DNA from: Okamejei kenojei
Lineage: Eukaryota
Assembly (NCBI GenBank): GCA_035221665.1
Contig: CM069135.1
Coordinates: 49,290,001-49,354,000 of the forward strand
Length of the DNA stretch: 64,000 nt
Direction of reading: 5' to 3'
The notes beneath the pieces were generated by a model. The model did no database searches. It saw only the letters and a program-made list of their open reading frames with translations, and was not told where the DNA came from. Of this stretch, positions 62,302-64,000 are shown piece by piece; the stretch's first letter is position 1; each line of letters begins with the position of its first letter. The position numbers and the translations under genes are program-made.

Positions 62302-63448
62302 ATGTCGAAGTTGCAGAGAAGGTCTGCGAAGCCGGCTACGGAAGACCGCGGTGCTGCGGGTAGCGGACGGCTGTCCGAGTCACCTTGCAGGCCGCCGGCC
62401 AGCGGCAGCAGACTTGGAGCTACAGGAAAGCACTGTGGCAGCCCCGTCGGGGCGCAAAGCCACCCACAAGTCTGCCAGACCCGTAGACTCCAATGGGTCC
62501 GGGCCGAAGGAATCACCCACACTGGGAAGTGTCTGCGGGCACCTCTCCCAGATGGAGCACCTGTTGGAGAGGTGCCTCCAGACTGATCTGCTCCAGAGGA
62601 GGGAGCAGTATCAGCTGGGTCTCCACGGGAGCCTGTGCTAGCAGCACCTTACACAGGGCTGCGATGTATCTCCCGCTCTGTAGAGGGGAGTACATGGAGT
62701 CAGCAGTTTCCTACTCAGAGCAGGGAGGCACATTAGGGGAACACCCTAGGGAGCAAGAGGCCACAGTGCCTCCATTGGCGTCTAAGTTCACCTACTTATC
62801 CCAACCGGAGACGCCTTGGATGAAGAGCTGGCCACCACCATAAACTACCTGGCCTCGCTCCGGCTAAAGGACCAGGTTATGGAGGAGACCACCGGCCGCT
62901 ACAGTACACCTGTCAACTGTGCCTCCCTCAGTGTGCCGGCCGTCAACCACGCCATCTGGGGCCATATTGGAGCAGGGGTAAGAGCCCAGGAGGTTAAATT
63001 CCAGAAAATTCTAAAAATACTGGCCTCAGGGGTAACGGCTTTTGCCAGGTCCATCGATGGCGGGCCAGTGATGGAGACACAGCAGGATGCAGTGGGGCTC
63101 CTCTGTAATGCCCTGTTTGAGATAAACTCTCTGCACATTACGGCCGGCGCAATACGGCCGGCACGCAACCCAAAATTTGCGGTGCTGTGCAAGGCCAGCA
63201 ATGTACAGCTGGCCAACTGCCTCTTTGGGGCAGACCTGCCGAAGCAGGTCCAAGAGCTGGATGATGAGGCCAAGGCTCTCCGCCTAATGAGAGCTAAGCC
63301 TCAACTCCACCCAGGGGCTCATCGCTACGAGGCCACCCCTATGCCGCCTTCCACACCAGGTGCAACCAGCCTAGGGGTTCAGGGACAGGAGGCAGACTCC
63401 AGCTGTCCCAAGGCGGGAGGCTGGAGGCCAGGCCCACACAGGCAGTAA
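62302..63448 (+). pseudogene. DIRS gag-like ORF1, frameshifted
   Basis: ATG at 62302; core YSTPVNCASLSVPAVNHAIW...LFGADLPKQVQELDD in ORF 62816..63448. Confidence 0.75.
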
Positions 63449-63589
63449 CGCCCAAGGTAGGACAGTCTAGTCCCTTGTGGGACAATTTACACACCTCTAA
63501 CTTACAAGTAGGGGGAAGGCTAAAACACTCAAAATTTACCAAATCGCACATATGTGTTTCCACAACAGGAAAGATTTGAGATACAAGCT

Positions 63590-64000
63590 GAAATTCAGGC
63601 TTTACATGCAAAATGGGTGATTCAGAGGTCTCACCAAGAATCACACCAATTTGTATCAAACATTTTTCCCAAGCAAAAGAAGGATGAAGTCGTATTATCC
63701 TAGACTTGACGGAACTTAATACCCATGTGCAGTATAAACATTTTTAAATGGACAACTTTGGTACAACTATCCAGTTGGTTTCCAAAGGATGCTATATGGC
63801 TTGCATAGATCTAAAAGATGCTTACTACTCCGTACCAAATATACAGGGAACACAGGAGATATTTGAAATTTAACTGGATGGGGCAGATGTGGCAATTCAA
63901 GGCGTTGCCAAATGTGCTGACTTCAGCTCCCAGACTTTATGCTAAAATACTAAAACCGGATCTGGGCCTGCTACGAGCACAGAACCACATTGTGATGGCT
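63590..64000 (+). pseudogene. DIRS reverse transcriptase N-terminal part
   Basis: RIILDLTELN..VQYKHF*M, CIDLKDAYYSVP, QFKALPNVLTSAPRL. Confidence 0.85.

Larger units (their letters stand above)
62081..64000 (+). mobile_element. DIRS1-type retrotransposon copy D (5' part; runs off the window)
   Basis: Starts attttacttcggagtcacgtgagtgactacgtgaag; gag, then RT motifs. Confidence 0.9.

Overview
Eukaryotic, repeat-dominated, apparently non-genic DNA (intergenic or large intron). The repeat families point to a cartilaginous fish, probably a skate or ray (inference from HE1/V-SINE-type SINEs, HER1/CR1 LINEs and elasmobranch-type Penelope remnants). No host exon, rRNA, real tRNA gene or CRISPR array is supportable. 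Main elements: a near-intact Passport-like Tc1 transposon (1632-3257); two tandem CR1 LINEs with nested insertions (9.4-15.7 kb); a full-length L1 with a 32-bp target-site duplication (26618-33268); four DIRS1-type tyrosine-recombinase retrotransposons in the last 28 kb; a Rex1/Babar fragment; a Gypsy LTR element with a tRNA-Trp PBS; two solo LTRs; a Harbinger-like MITE; many short Penelope-derived units with hammerhead-core motifs; and two internally deleted RTE elements. Most notable: a splice donor at about +137 to +140 in all four divergent DIRS copies, the DIRS terminal/ICR architecture, candidate ribozyme-bearing mini-retroelements, and a 1-kb G-run tract of uncertain authenticity. About 38.3-44.4 kb and 50.9-60 kb look like low-accuracy sequence, so details there are tentative. 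Family names come from recognition, not from database searches.
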